A stretch of DNA of 63,811 nt, filler included, from Octopus bimaculoides (Eukaryota): the NCBI RefSeq assembly GCF_001194135.2. It is 7 parts of 7 records of this genome, joined end to end, with 100 filler letters (N's around TTAATTAATTAA, not from the genome) between each part and the next. Parts side by side here need not be neighbours in the genome. Positions count along the whole stretch, not along the records: positions 1 to 14,783 come from NC_068987.1; positions 14,884 to 23,615 come from NC_069004.1; positions 23,716 to 42,995 come from NC_068990.1; 4 more parts are not named here. The stretch is one strand, 5' to 3'. Positions 13,035 to 26,490 of this stretch are shown here, piece after piece; the first letter of the stretch is position 1, and each line of letters starts with the position of its first letter. Made by a program: the position numbers and the translations under genes. The notes beneath the pieces were generated by a model. It was not told the origin of the DNA. It searched no databases and worked only from the letters and a program-made list of their open reading frames with translations.

Positions 13035-13580
13035 ATACTTCACTAAATTGGAGATATGGTCCTCCTGGGATATTATATAAATTTTTCTGTCGTCCCTTTC
13101 TTATACCTAGAGTATCCATATTAACAGGAACAGTTCTCGCTTTGAGATGCCACATCTTTTATATTTCAATTTCCAGGTACTTATATTTACTTGACACATT
13201 CCTTTACAGATATATTTTTATCAGTGGAAACACTTGGTCTACAAGTATTTTCCCCCAGTTCTTAATGACTATGTCTGGTCGGTTAGCCTAGATAGTTATG
13301 TCGGTGTTGACTGGAAAATCCCAGAAGATAGTGACATTTTTACCTTCACTGACTGGCTCTGGATGATGTTCATTCAGGTAAGCAGGAGTGCTGATTTTGT
13401 AGTGTTTACATATTTTCCAATATAAATACTATCCTACCCTATGATAGTAATTTGTGGTGCTGGTGTCAGCATAGGATATCGTGCGACACGATGGTGTATT
13501 GTTTCGTCAAATGTATTGCAGAATTTACATTTAGGATCGGAAGCATTTTGGAGATAAGCAAGCTTTGATCTTGTGCCGAT
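13035..13580 (-). mobile_element. RLE retrotransposon fragment, family D
   Basis: DPKCKFCNTFDETIHH, YWKICKHY and VTIFWDFPVNTD..ANRPDIVIK in broken frames. Confidence 0.8.
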
Positions 13581-13589
13581 AATGTGAAA

Positions 13590-14650
13590 CCTTCAGTCTT
13601 TGCTTTCAGTCCTGAACTTCTCAGCCACTGATAGGTTATTGCTTGGTCTACATCAGCTTGGCGCCTGGCACCTAGAATGTCATCAAGCGTTCACAACCCT
13701 CTGTCTGTCGGGGAATGGGATGGGTGGATGTTCCGCTTTAGAAATTTATAGAGGATTGGTGGCGGAGAAATGCGACAAGGTTCTCGGGAAAACTCTGGGC
13801 TAGTCTGTTTCGAAGGACTTTCCCGTCGGGAAATATCATGGATAAGTTCCAGATGTACTTGGCCTGGCAGTGCTACCTGGAGACACTACTGGTTCGAGAT
13901 AAACTCTACATGCATGGATATGCTATCAGACGGACTTGTCCGTGGTGCATGCAGAGTGACGAAACCGTTCTGCACGCACTCGTTCAGTGTCCGGGTATTA
14001 CTGACTTGTGGGGATATTTTGAACAGCTACTGTAACGTGTGGGACGGATCTGCCTATCGGCAGAGTGATACTGGTTATGATCACACCGCCGCCATCCTTC
14101 AATCGAGCAGGCAAGGCAGTTTTCCTTTTCCTGGTGGCTGTGATGAAAGAGGTTGGTTGTTGAACATGGCTGAATGGCATGAGTACAAATACATTCCTCT
14201 TTCATAGAGATCTCACTGACTTCTTCAAGTTTCACTGGAAAAGGAAACTGAAAGTGGAGAGGGACGTGCTGTCCTCGAGTGAGTTTATTGAAAGGTGAGT
14301 GAAAGTTGCGAAAATGGCGACAGTGGATTGTACCTCACTAAGTGTTGACATGTGAGTCGGAGAGAAGGAATTGGAAAGGGCACTTGCTCCTTGGGTTTCA
14401 AAGAAATCTTGGACAGTAGGGTTCCTCGGTTATCTCTAGAAACCTTCCTGCATCAGGAGGACCATATCTCTATCATCCTCCCTGCCATTTTCTTTTAACC
14501 GTTGTATACAATGCATATATCCTTTTTCTTTTTCAGTGTATACCGTGCATACTTCTTTTTTCTATTATTTCATTATATATAAACCCCCACACTTTCTGTC
14601 AGTCTGTATTGTCCCCTTCATCCTTCGACCTTATGGCAAATAAATGAACT
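13590..14650 (+). mobile_element. L1/Tx1-clade LINE 3' fragment
   Basis: LAWQCYLETLLVRDKL..TCPWCMQSDETVLHALVQC (zf-RVT-like). Homologous to 59000-59700. Ends GCAAATAAA followed by (TAA)n. Confidence 0.8.
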
Positions 14651-14671
14651 TATTATAATAATAATAATAAT

Positions 14672-14783
<112 letters not shown>

Positions 14784-14883
14784 NNNNNNNNNNNNNNNNN
14801 NNNNNNNNNNNNNNNNNNNNNNNNNNNTTAATTAATTAANNNNNNNNNNNNNNNNNNNNNNNNNNNNNNNNNNNNNNNNNNNN
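14784..14883. other. Artificial 100-bp scaffold spacer N44-TTAATTAATTAA-N44
   Basis: 44 N, a 12-mer with stops in all six frames, then 44 N. Identical at six places. Confidence 0.97.
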
Positions 14884-17800
14884 GCTTACATCTACATAAC
14901 AACGTCCCAACAACAATGCTCACACACACAGAAGCTGTAACAACTACCTGAGCAGCTCGGTAGATGAAAATGGTGCTCAAATTAGGGGTTACCGACAACG
15001 TATGTATGATCATTGGAGAGAAAAAGAATTGTTTCAACTCACGGAACAGAGACTATGTGATCAAGCTAGAGCAATAAGAAAAAATCGTTGGTTCACAGAA
15101 GTAGAGCTCGAAGCTATCAAAAGACGGGTCTTGGAAAATAGCAGCAGAGATAACAATGAAAATGCAGTTCTTACTAATAAGAGTAATCTCATAGCACAGG
15201 AAAGGAGCAGTAGTAGTTTACTTGATGAGAGATATATAGATGGTCTAAAAGAAGACAATAAAACTAATGGCGACATGATAAATGAACAAAAGACAGTCTA
15301 AGACAGAATAAAAGCAAGACTACAGGAGAACGGTAGCGACATTATTTGCAACCTTAAAAAGGTTGATCGATGGAAATTGAACCAAGAAATGAAAAATGTC
15401 AATGAAATTCTGAAATATATCAGAAGAAAGGACATCACAGAAACAAATAATTTGATCAAGGCAGCAAGTATTGTTGTAGCAGAAAACGTGGATGTTGATG
15501 TCAAGAAAAAGAAACATAATGGGAGTGACAAAAGAAAAGATCCATGGTGGAAAACAAGAATCCAGGCAGGGTTAGACATGCTCTTCAAGGAAATCTCTGT
15601 GTTAGACTGAAAAGAGAAAGGGGAGCTTAAAAACAAGCAAAAATACAGGGCACTGAAAAGGAAGTATGATATTGAAGGAAAATAGTAGTGGAGGAACTGA
15701 AACAGCGCCTCATTGCAAAGAAATCAAAAGTGATAAGATATGAAGAAAGAATGAAGGGTTACCACCAGAATAGGTTATTCAGAGTAAATCAGAAGAGATT
15801 CTATAAAGAGATAAATGGAGAGTGTACAGATGAAAGGTTGATACCAGATAACATTGAAAGTCAAAGGTTTTGGAGTGACATCTGGAGCAAAGACAAGAAG
15901 CACAAGAAGGATGCTGAATGGTTGCAAGAACTGAAACAAACAGTAGTCTGTCCAAAACAGGCAGAACTAGTCATTTCATTTAGGGAAGTGAAGGAAATCA
16001 GCAAAAAAATGAGCAACTGGAAGGCCCCGGGACCAGATGGAGTTCAAGGCTACTGGGTCAAAAGATTTGGTGAATGTCATGCACGAATAGCTACACAACT
16101 CAACACCTTGTTAAATGCCAACAAAGGAACACCAGAGTGGTTGACATTGGGTAGGACAGTGCTGTGACTGAAAAACATTAAAAAAGGCAATACGGTAGAC
16201 AATTACAGGCTGATATCCTGTTTGCCACTTACGTGGAAGTTATTGACTGGAATACTCGCAGAGTCAATATACGAACATCTGGAAAAACATGGAGTCCTGC
16301 TACATGAGCAGAAGGATTGCAAGTATAAGTACAGGGGTACCAAGCACCAACTCCTGATAGACTAAACTGTACTTAGAGACTGCAAGAAGAGGAAAAGTAA
16401 CTTAGCCATGTCATGGATCGACTATCATAAGGCGTACGATATGATCCCACGTTCTTGGATTATGGAGTGTATGAACTTATTTGGTATTGCATCAAATGTT
16501 GAGCGATTGCTTGGAAAAAGTATGGCGAATTGGAGAATGGACCTGACAGTATACGGAAGACGTTTAGGGACAGTAGAAATTAGGAGGGGCATCTTCCAAG
16601 GGGACTGCCTGTCCCCACTGATCTTTGTACTGTGCTGCTTGATACCACTAACACTGATTCTGAGGAAAACAAAAGCTGAGTATGTATTCAAAAGCCGCCA
16701 GCAAAAAGTCAACCATTTGTTATTCATGGATGACCACAAACTTTATGGTAAAGATGAAGCCCAAGTCAGCTCCCTCGTTGATACAGTGTATACCTTCAGT
16801 GCTGATATCAGAATGGAGTTCCAACTGAGAAAGTGTGGTTTGTTAGTCTTGAAGAGAGGCAAAATCAAATGTATGGATGGGCTAATGATACCGTCAGGGG
16901 AGGTTATGAAGCAGATAGAAGAGATGGGCTATAAGTACTTGGGGATTTTGGAAATGGATAAATTGATGGAGAAAGAAATGACAGAAAAATTTAAGGTGGA
17001 GTACTTGCACAGACTGNNNNNNNNNNGGGCTATAAGTACTTGGGGATTTTGGAAATGGATAAATTGATGGAGAAAGAAATGACAGAAAAATTTAAGGTGG
17101 AGTACTTGCACAGACTGAGACTGATCCTTAAGTCAAAATTAAATGGATGGAATAAGATTGAAGTTATCAACACCTGGGTGGTTTTACTCCTTAGATATGG
17201 AGCAGGGGTAATAGCATGGACAGTAGATGAACTAAACAGTTTAGACAGAAAGACAAGGAAGTTGCTAACTATATATTGGTAACTCAACCCAAAAAGTGAC
17301 ACAGACAGACTCTATGCACCAAGAAAAAGAGGAGGAAGAGGGCTTATTGGATGCGAACACAGCATTAGCGCAGAAGAAAACAACATAGCATGGTGTGTAA
17401 AAAATGCCACAGAACTACTATTATTAGAAGTAAGAAGGTCAGGCTTGTGTAGGATGAAAGATTGCAAAGATAAAGCACCATACAAGAAATTGAAAATGAA
17501 TGAAACTGAAAATAGGTGGGTAAAGGAAAGAATGCATGGTCAGTTTCATAGGAATGTTGAAGATAAGATAGACAGAGAAAAAAGATGGCTGTGGATGACT
17601 AAAAGGGATTTAAAACCGGAAGCGGAGGCTCTAATCTGTGCTGCCCGAGAGCAAGCACTAAGAACAAACTACATAAAATACAGAGTAGACAACACAACAG
17701 AAAGTGATAAGTGCAGACTATGTGGACAAAACGGTGAAACTCTATGGCATATTACCAGCCAATGTATGCCACTAGCCCAGAAGGAATATATGAGACGCCA

Positions 17801-18310
17801 CGACAATATAGCCAAGCTTGTCCATTGGAAACTTTGCAACAAGTATGGACTTGACAGAGACAAAAATTGATACGACCACAAATCTGAAGGCATTGTCGAA
17901 AATAGAAATGCAAAGATCCTATGGGATTTTATGATTCAGTGCGACCATGAGATTGAGAATAGGAAGCCAGACATAGTCTTAATTAAGAAAGAAAACAAAC
18001 TATGCTGGATCATAGATATAGTATGTCCAGCTGACAACAAGGTTTGTGATAAGGAATAAAGAAAAGTTGAGAGATATGACAGGTTAGCTTGGGAAGTTAA
18101 GCCCTGGGAACAGTGAGTAAAATCTCGAGAAGTATGTGGAACAAATAGGGGCTGCAATAAGGGTGGAGCATTTGCAGAAAACAGCACTACTTGGAACTGC
18201 TCAAATACTCCGGAAGGTGCTAAAAAAATAAAAGGTGTTACCTTAGTTCACTGGTAGTGAACAGCTGACACTGTAGTACATCTCCAGCATTAGAAGCTGT
18301 GCAAAGGCAA
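14884..18310 (+). mobile_element. R4/Dong-like RLE retrotransposon family B, near full length, inactivated
   Basis: N-terminus MYDHWREK..TEQRLCDQARAI; RT motifs NWKAPGPDGVQGYW, WIDYHKAYD, GIFQGDCLSPL, LLFMDD; CRLCGQNGETLWHITSQC..RRHD; RLE KPDIVL..IIDIVCP. Several stops and frameshifts. The 3' end runs into a TAA-rich tract. Confidence 0.93.
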
Positions 18311-18332
18311 TTATAATAATAAAAATAATAAC

Positions 18333-18780
18333 ATGGATAGAAAAATCAAGGCCAGTAGGCAGGATATAGTTGTCAGAGATCACCAAGAAAAAATTGCTTT
18401 CTAATTGATGTATCAATACCAACAGATGACAATGTTTCTCAAAAAGAAACAGAGGAACTATCAAAATACAAAGATTTAGAAATAGAGTTAACTTGAATGT
18501 GGAGCCTAAAAACAGAAACAATTCCTATTATTGTAGTTGCATTTGGTATGATAAAAAAAAAAGCATTCAGACAAATACATAACAAAAACTCCAGGACTTA
18601 CAAGTATATACAGCATAGAGAAAATAGCACTACTAGGCACTACACACATCTTATGTAAAACACTTCAATACAGTGAAAATAAGAGTGCTACAACAAACCA
18701 CAGCACATATCCAAGGCACATAGAGCTGTACTTGTTAGTGCAGTGAAAGCACGTGATAAAAATAAGAGTAGAGAATAATT
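18333..18780 (+). mobile_element. RLE retrotransposon 3' fragment, family C, directly downstream of family B
   Basis: RKIKASRQDIVVRD..LIDVSIPTDDNVSQKE..KYKDLEIE..IALLGTTHIL. Homologous to 63030-63425. Confidence 0.8.
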
Positions 18781-18809
18781 GCAACAGTAATAATATGAAG
18801 GCTATAAAG

Positions 18810-21800
18810 CAGTGGCAGATCGACAATATTGAGACCCTGAAGCTTAAGATGTTATGCAACCAGCAACAGTAGGGTAACAACCAACAAAGATCAAAGAATT
18901 TTTGTGCTCTAGCAAGGAACTCCAGCTTGAGGCCCTGATAGCCCAAATGGTGGAGTTGTGATGTGGAGTCCTTAAAAATGAGTCTGAAAGTGAGCCCTCT
19001 TTTCACCAGAAACATGGTTGTTCCGTGGCAGATCACTACAAATATTTTCCAGGCTATGCCTTATATTTTTAGAGTTATGGGAGTTGAAAATTAGGGAAGT
19101 GTTATATACATGAATGATGCATCATTAAAATACATGTATGAAAATTACAAAATACTCCTTTTTCTGTTTTTTGTAGCAACAGTTTTGTCATATGATGTCC
19201 TTGCAATGTCATTTTTTAGAGACAATATACATAAGAAATTTAAGCGCTTTTCAGTAATGGTAGACCGAAATTTATTCTTTACAAAGGAAAGTTTTGAGGA
19301 ACTCCTTTCTGCTTCACAGCTCATGATAGGCATTGTCAAGTCCAGCTTAGGTGTAGTGGTAATATTAGGGGACACTTCAATTAATCGTTGCTTGTAAATA
19401 AGCTGAAGAACTTCTGTGAATTGCATTTTTGATTAGGTGTTTTCTTTTGTGTTCTGGGATTTCCTAACTCTTTGAACTGATAACACTCATTTATTAATTT
19501 GTGGTCAATATCGTCTTTGTAATGCGATATTATAAGTTTGATACTGTCCTCATCAAATTCTGAATTGTTCATCAGTTCTAACAGAAACTTGAACCTTTTC
19601 GCAATCTGCTCATATGGACCCATCCTCTTGCTTAACTGGATTATCAAGCAGTCATAGACATGATTTAGAACTTCTTCTATCCTAAATTTTTAAACCCCTT
19701 TCATAGAAGCCCTATCAGTTGTTCCATCTGCAAATTTCTTTGTAACAATGCGTTTGGAAACATCAGAATAATTTGAGGTGATATATTCACATACACCTTT
19801 TGCTAACTGATTCATAGTGTGCAATTCTGTTGGTTGAATTATCCCGCAGTTCTTTAACAAATAAAAGCAAAGATGGTAGCAGAAGGTAACCAACAAATAC
19901 ATCAGAACAAGGGGTTTGGAGTTTCTTACTTGTTTCGTTAAAACGTTCCATAACTTCTTCACAAACCACTGTTAAAACAGCATATTCCAGTTTTACCAAC
20001 TTGTGGTATAAATTCTTTGTATCTTGCTTCTCTTCTGAGTCTTCAAACATAAATTTGAGAATTTGTAAAATATCCCTATATCCATTTTTAATTGCCCAGA
20101 CTGCTTCATAGTGTGCAGACCAATTAGTTACACTTAAGCTCTTTAGAGAAAAGGCTAGATTACCCTGTGTGTTCAAAACCCTCCATTTTCAAGGAGATTC
20201 AGAAAAGAAAACATACAGCTGCTGGAAGATGCCAAAATAGTCAACAACTTCAGGTACAGGAGACACTGCCTTTTTCCAAACAAGGCTGAGTGAATGGCTT
20301 GCACATAGTACATTGTCTGCATACCTGTTAATGTTTTTAAGAAGTGCTTGCAGCCCTTTCTCCAAGCCATTCATGTTGGAAGCATTATCGCATGACTGAC
20401 CATGGATATTTTCAAGTGAAAGCTTATACTCCCCCAGAAATTGTTATTTGTTGAACAAGGTCGTGGATGAATGTTTTTCTGCTGGCAAAAATGCTAAAAA
20501 TCTCTCACAGGGTTTTCTGTTATGATAGTATCGAACGACAATTACCAGCTGGTCAACATGTGTTATGTCAGGTGTAGAGTCAACAATAATTGAGTAGTAT
20601 TTGATGTCTAGGTTGTTGATCTGATTTACCATTTCATCTTTCACATATTTTCCCATGATTTCTATCAATTCTTCATCCACAGATTTGGATAGGCAAGTAA
20701 TATTTACTTTTTCATTTTTACATTTCCCTAAATGTTCATGTAAAAATGGGTCACACTCTACAATAAGCTGAATGGCCCCATGAAATTTCCATTGTTTGGG
20801 GAGCCTCACTTTTCCTCATGATCTCTAAATGCTAAAACCTCTTTCACTTAAAAACTTTATAACTACTACAACTCTTGTTCGTACTTCAAAATAGTATTGC
20901 ATGTTTTTATCTCAACTCTTCCTCAAGTTGCTGATCCACAACGTTTTTATTTGACTTTTGTGTTCGCCAGCTCAACATCACCCTGTTATGTTCCAAGCTG
21001 TCTTCATGATTTTCTAGAGTTCTGAGTATATTCATCCAATCAGAAAACTCACTTGTTTTAAGTGATATTTGGCATTTAGAAAAGTGTTTGCTCTTTGAGT
21101 AAACTAACCAGGATCTCATCATAGTCTGACCACTTTTCAATCTTTTTTTCAAAATACATGTTTGAGAAATTTCGGTTTTGTTGTTTGTAAATCTTGTTGG
21201 ATTCAGTATATACATTATCTGTTTTTTTGTTTTGAAAAAAACTGATGTCTTGCATTAAACAGTTTTGTATCGAATCATCATCAATTGTTACGGGCCAGTT
21301 TTCCAGGTCGCTGTATTCTTTGAAATAACTAGATTTGCTTCCTGTTTCCTGTTTCTGCTCTCTCTTTTCTCAAAGTTCTTGACCACCGTGATCATCATCT
21401 GCATCAAAAGTGTCAACAGTAGGTTGATTGTTGCTAAACAGAGCACTCATGGTTTGTGCACTATCATTGACTTCACTGGTGCTTGCATGGCTTGTTTCAG
21501 TTGCAGGTGAGGATAACCTTTTACTTGATATTGTAAAATAGTTTGATAGTTTTTGACATTTTGAGATTTTGTTAGATTGCTTTTCCTTGAGTTGGCATTT
21601 CTGATATCCACTTAGATACTTTCTTGAAGACATTGCTATTCCTCTTGGGGCCTAGACCTCAGTGAAAAAAAAATTGGGGTGATATTTTCATTAGCCACAA
21701 TGAGACAGAGATCGATCAAGATAAGGATCCATAACTTAATATATAGTCATAAATGAAGAATTGTTCATTTTGTATAATGTGATATTCAAACAAGTTTTAA

Positions 21801-22051
21801 AGTAGAAAAAATGCTTTGTCACTGAATAGATTGTAAGTCCAAAATTAGGAGGCAAACCCTTTCATTGGTCATTAAATAATGATGTGAAAATAGGAATTCA
21901 TATCTCTACTGTGCTGATGTAGTAATAGACATATTTGGCAAAACAAAAAAATTGACAGAATGAAAAATTTAAGTTGCTTCAAGAGGGGCCTCTCCAGGAT
22001 TTGGGACCCTGAAGCTTAAGCTTCATTAGTTTTATGGTAGATCTGCCACTG
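18810..22051 (-). mobile_element. Complete hAT DNA transposon (ZMYM1-like/DUF4371-type transposase pseudogene)
   Basis: TIR CAGTGGCAGATC at 18810-18821 and 22040-22051 (extends to 19 bp with 2 mismatches). Perfect 8-bp TSD CTATAAAG at 18802-18809 and 22052-22059. Motifs YYSIIVDSTPDITHVDQL, TNWSAHYEAV and SCEAERSSSKLSFVKNKFRSTITEKRL, in multiple broken frames. Confidence 0.95.
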
Positions 22052-22166
22052 CTATAAAGTGAGGTAGGAGTAATGCTAGGTTGGACAAATAAAGTTGCTT
22101 ATTTGAAAATTTCTTCTATGTAACTCGTCTATTTTGTATGTCAAGTACTGCAAATATAAGAAATAG

Positions 22167-22199
<33 letters not shown>

Positions 22200-22200
<1 letters not shown>

Positions 22201-22365
22201 TCTGAGTGGTTGGCGTTAGGAAGGGCATCCAGCTGTAGAAACTCTGCCAAATTAGATTGGAGCCTGGTGTAGCCATCCGGTTGCACCAGTCCTCAGTCAA
22301 ATCGTCCGACCCATGCTAGCATGGAAAGCGGACGTTAAACGATGATGATGATGATGATGATGATA
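22200..22365 (+). mobile_element. RTE-type 3' tail fragment ending in (GAT)n
   Basis: Matches the 3' end of the RTE at 36095-36265 (GGCATCCAGCTGTA..GGACGTTAAAC(GAT)n). Confidence 0.8.
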
Positions 22366-22366
22366 T

Positions 22367-23592
22367 ATAAATTGTGGTCTAAATTATGCAAAAATGAAAA
22401 TAACACTGACATCTCATTTTAACAGATGTATTTACCAAAATTACATAAAATTATCTTGAAATACTAAAGAGAAAATTTATTCAAAAAAATCGCCATTGGC
22501 TTCAACCATGGCTTCCAGAGAACTTCGGAATCTCCTGCAATTTTTTGGGATGGTCTTCTTGCTTAAGCTAGTGAATGCTGCCATAATCCTTGCTTTCACT
22601 TCATATTTGGTGTTATAAGGAGTTTTCTTGATCTCTCACTCAACTGAGCCCCACACATAATAATCAAGGGGGTTGCAGTCTGGGGAGTTAGGTGGCCAGA
22701 TGTTAGGGGTGATGTGGCCGCAGAATTGATTGGGTTCTGCTTGTGTGGCATGGTGTAGTGTCCTGTTTCCAGACATAGGGTTTTCCAGCAGTCATCTTCT
22801 TGACTGAGAGCAGCACTACCTCCTCCAGGCACTTGATGAGTTTGAGGCCATGTGAAAAGATGAATGGAGACATAACATTGCTATCACTAGTGATCACTGT
22901 TAAACACCATGATGTTGACTGGATGTTTGATTTTCATCATGCTCGGTACATGTTTTGGGGATACAGGCAAGCCAGTGGTAGTTCACTATCTGATTCTGTC
23001 AGAAATTTTTCTCATCTGCAAAAAAACCAAACCATGTTTGGTTGGAGAGTATACTTGAGTTTATTCAAAAGCTTTGTAGTGCAGTCTTTCCTCTTGTCCT
23101 TGATGGCTTGAGATAAAAAATAGCCCTTTCTCATCTTGTATGAGGAATATTGAATGTCTTCATGCACTACTTACCTGATAAGAGACTCAGACACTTCCAT
23201 GTCCCTGGCGATGGACCTGATTGACTTGGAAGGATCGTTGTTAATCATGGCCTGGATCTCACCAACAAGTTCAGTAGTTCAGAGTGAGTTTTCAGAGTTG
23301 CTGTACCTTCATAATTACCATTGGACTCATCAAACTCTTTTTGAATCTTCTGCACTGTCCTCATATTGACAGCCAAACACTCTGAAATGTTCATATTGGA
23401 GCTTCCGGTACGAATGCAGTATAACATGTTTCCAAATTTCTGGCAGAGCGAATTGCATCATGGTGCTGTTTTTCTCGCAGACAGTGCCCAACTGACCCTA
23501 CTATACTGTGTAGTTGACATAATCAAAACAAACACTGTGCATGCATGAAATTAAAAATATAAAATGGTGACAATTTACCCATCACACCCTGT
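22367..23592 (-). mobile_element. Tc1/mariner superfamily element, probably maT (DD37D)-type, degenerate
   Basis: PYVWKQDTTPCHTS and WPPNSPDCNPLDYYVWG motifs plus an N-terminal HTH. One end reads TA-CAGGGTG; the other end is obscured by the RTE tail. Confidence 0.8.
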
Positions 23593-23615
23593 ATGTATAT
23601 ATGTATGTATATATA

Positions 23616-23715
23616 NNNNNNNNNNNNNNNNNNNNNNNNNNNNNNNNNNNNNNNNNNNNTTAATTAATTAANNNNNNNNNNNNNNNNNNNNNNNNNNNNN
23701 NNNNNNNNNNNNNNN
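23616..23715. other. Artificial 100-bp scaffold spacer
   Basis: N44-TTAATTAATTAA-N44. Confidence 0.97.
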
Positions 23716-23758
23716 TGAGGTGATCGTATAAAACAATATATATATATATATATATATA

Positions 23759-26330
23759 TAATCAGAAACTGGAGAAAACCTCAGATCAACAAACAAATCA
23801 ATTGGACCACATCTAAAGCTTATTATTTAATACAAGACATGACATAACATCTATGTTACATAACAATTCTTATAGTTGTTTCCGCTTCTGATGCCAATCA
23901 GTGCCTACAAAGAATTGCGAAAATAATATATTTTCATAGGACATTCGAACTAGAACACAGAACTTCATCAGAGTTAATACAAAAAAGCGTCCAAAATAAA
24001 CAAAAGGAAGAATTAAGGATGTAATTTACCAAAATTAGATAAAACGTAGACTAGCCACACATCAGCATTCTTTTAGAAATAGAAACAGAATTAACTTGAC
24101 TGGATTAAGTAAGTATATTTGGGAACTCAAAGATAGTGATATTAGCTTCACATCAGAAAGGGAGATCCTTGCTACTGCACTTTCGTATAGTGAAAAAAAA
24201 TAGGAAATGTTATCTTTGCATTAATGAAATTTTTTTCATTCTAACAGCACGAAAGACATTATTGAACCTGAGAGAGGAAAGAATTTGTAGCTTACCTGCA
24301 TAAAGGTAAGTCCACTTTCAATAAATATAAATAACATTAGAAACCCTTATAACATAAAAATAGTAGCCCTTAATAGTAACATGAATGATATACATTTTAC
24401 TCCTTAATTAAAGTTAGTTTGTTAGTTAATACCGGGGCTCTTGTAGGTATTCATTTAAATACCCACTCCTTTTACTCAAATTCTGAGTTTAGGTCTTAAC
24501 CCCCACCCATGTCAACCACCTACATCTTATACCAATTAAGCCTTTCCTCCTTAATATTACCTACTAACCCCTTGTAATAATGCCAGGTATTTCATTCGTG
24601 AACTTATTTAGGAACACAGAGGACTTTTGTATTCTACCACAATGTTATAACCCCTAATAACTACTTCAAATTCTAATTTTTAACTTTATCTATCTATCTA
24701 TTTTGTTTTATTTTATCCTCTAATACTTTTTATACCATGGATGTATTTGTTGGCACTTGCTGTAATTTGGACTTAATTCTCTACTAACTTAATGTTCTTC
24801 CTCCACTTAAAATAGACCGTAATAGCCCTACACACTTAGGAAGAACATTATCCCCTGTAAGATTTATTTTTATTGAACTCAATGTTTAATCTTCCTCCAC
24901 CATATATAGTATGGGTTTGCACTTGTTATCATGGTAGTTGTACTTACCAGGAGATATTTGTAAAATTTGGGTTTACTATGTAGGATTGAAAGTGTTATCT
25001 GTTGGTGGAAATAGTATGTCTGCACCCACTTAGGGTCAATATAATTTTTGAATTATTAAATTTAATGATGTGAACAATCTAAATTTTAGGGTAATATAAT
25101 GCATATTAAGTAAACTGTTTGAACATGAAAACTATATTCATGGTACTAATTTGTTAGTGGACCTAGTATAACTGCACCCATGTAAGGGTCAGTATAATTT
25201 TTAAATTATCAAATCTAATGATATGAACTTTAAGGATAATGTAATGTTTATTAAGTATATTTAGTAAACTGTTTGAACATGAGAATTATATTCATGATAC
25301 TAATTAACACACGATTTGGTCTTAAATCTTAATCACTTCAATGTTAGTGGTTTTGTGTTTTTGCCTTGTCGTGTACCTTTAAGGTGGAATTTTCTTAGGT
25401 ACATGTACACATTTAATTGTTTTTCTATTATTACCATCACTGAAATTCTATTTGCTATCTAGGATGTAAAATCCAACATTATTTTGGCAGTTTTTTTATA
25501 TATTATGTAATATCTGTGCTAGTTGTCTCCCCTTAACTATAAGTTTTCATTTGACCGTATTCATCTGTTCATCTTATTGATGTTACGTTGGGAAGCTGCA
25601 GAAAGATATAAGCGGTCTCCTACCACTTATATCATAATCTTCTCCCCCGCATCCTTGACTTATTTACTTTTTCTTTTTACATATCCATTGAAATGGTTTT
25701 AACTTTTGGCCTCGGTTCAAATATAATTGACCAACTGTAGAGATCGCTGGACTTAGACCTGTCCTATTGCAGACAACAGGTGGTGTCCTCTGTAATATTT
25801 CTGCAAGTACCCTATGATAAAAGCCCTACGGTAGTGTTTGGATAAATATTAACTTGAGTTATTTACGTTAGCATAGGTAATGCCCTTTTATAGACATGTT
25901 AGTAATTTTCTTGTATAATATTTCTTTTTGCTAATTTCTTTTCACAACTTTTAGAACATCTTGGTTCCCCCTTTATATTGAAATAACCCGAAAATTTTTT
26001 TCCCTAGACCATTGCTAGATCACTCTTTTACCTATGGACTTCGAAGCCCTATGATGGAAGATTGTATGTTTTTAATATATTGGGCTTCCAGACTTCTTTT
26101 CTAGTCCATGTTTTCTTTCCTATTCCCTCTTCCTTTTGTTTATTTTGGACGCTTTTGTATTAACTCTGATGAAGCCCCATGTTCTAGTTCGAATGTCCTC
26201 TGAAGATGAAAATAGTAAGAATTGTTATGTGACATAAATGTTATGTCATCTTTTGTATTGAATAATAAGCTTTAGATGTGGTCCAATTGATTTGTTTGTT
26301 GATCTGAGGTTTTCTCCATTTTCTGATTAT
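23759..26330 (+). mobile_element. Penelope-like element remnant with inverted terminal repeats and a GIY-YIG C-terminal fragment
   Basis: 23759-24011 is the reverse complement of ~26129-26328, apart from a ~55-bp insertion on the left. 24015-24320 reads VIYQ..KRRLATHQHSF..TGLSKYIWELKD..CYLCINE..LLNLREE. Confidence 0.75.
25022..25305. repeat. ~152-bp tandem duplication in the PLE 3' region
   Basis: GCACCCA..AGGGTCA..TAAACTGTTTGAACATGA..TATATTCATG occurs from ~25022 and from ~25174. Confidence 0.85.
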
Positions 26331-26490
26331 TTATATTTGGTTCTTGATAAACTGTTATTTATTCTGTTGTTACCTGTTCTTTATGAGCATAGTGTACCTG
26401 CATACCCATGCCCAGAGATAACACAGGTAACTGATGCCAATAGTATATATGGATATTTTATCCCNNNNNNNNNNCTATATATATATATAT

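Noticed and set aside
14828-14839. TTAATTAATTAA as a recurring regulatory or piggyBac TTAA-type site
   Set aside because: Always embedded in exactly 44+44 N, i.e. an assembly spacer.
16926-17118. 92-bp direct duplication within the RT region of family B
   Set aside because: The two identical copies flank a 9-N gap, i.e. an unmerged contig overlap, not a real duplication.
19145-21633. ZMYM1-like host gene; similarly a TIGD-like host gene at 49800-51590
   Set aside because: Multiple stops and frameshifts, no introns, and (for the hAT) TIRs and TSD present. These are transposase pseudogenes, not domesticated genes.
26166-26210. Active hammerhead ribozyme in the PLE terminal repeat
   Set aside because: The CTGATGA core is present, but GAAA is replaced by GAAT and stems I and II do not pair. 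At most a decayed remnant.
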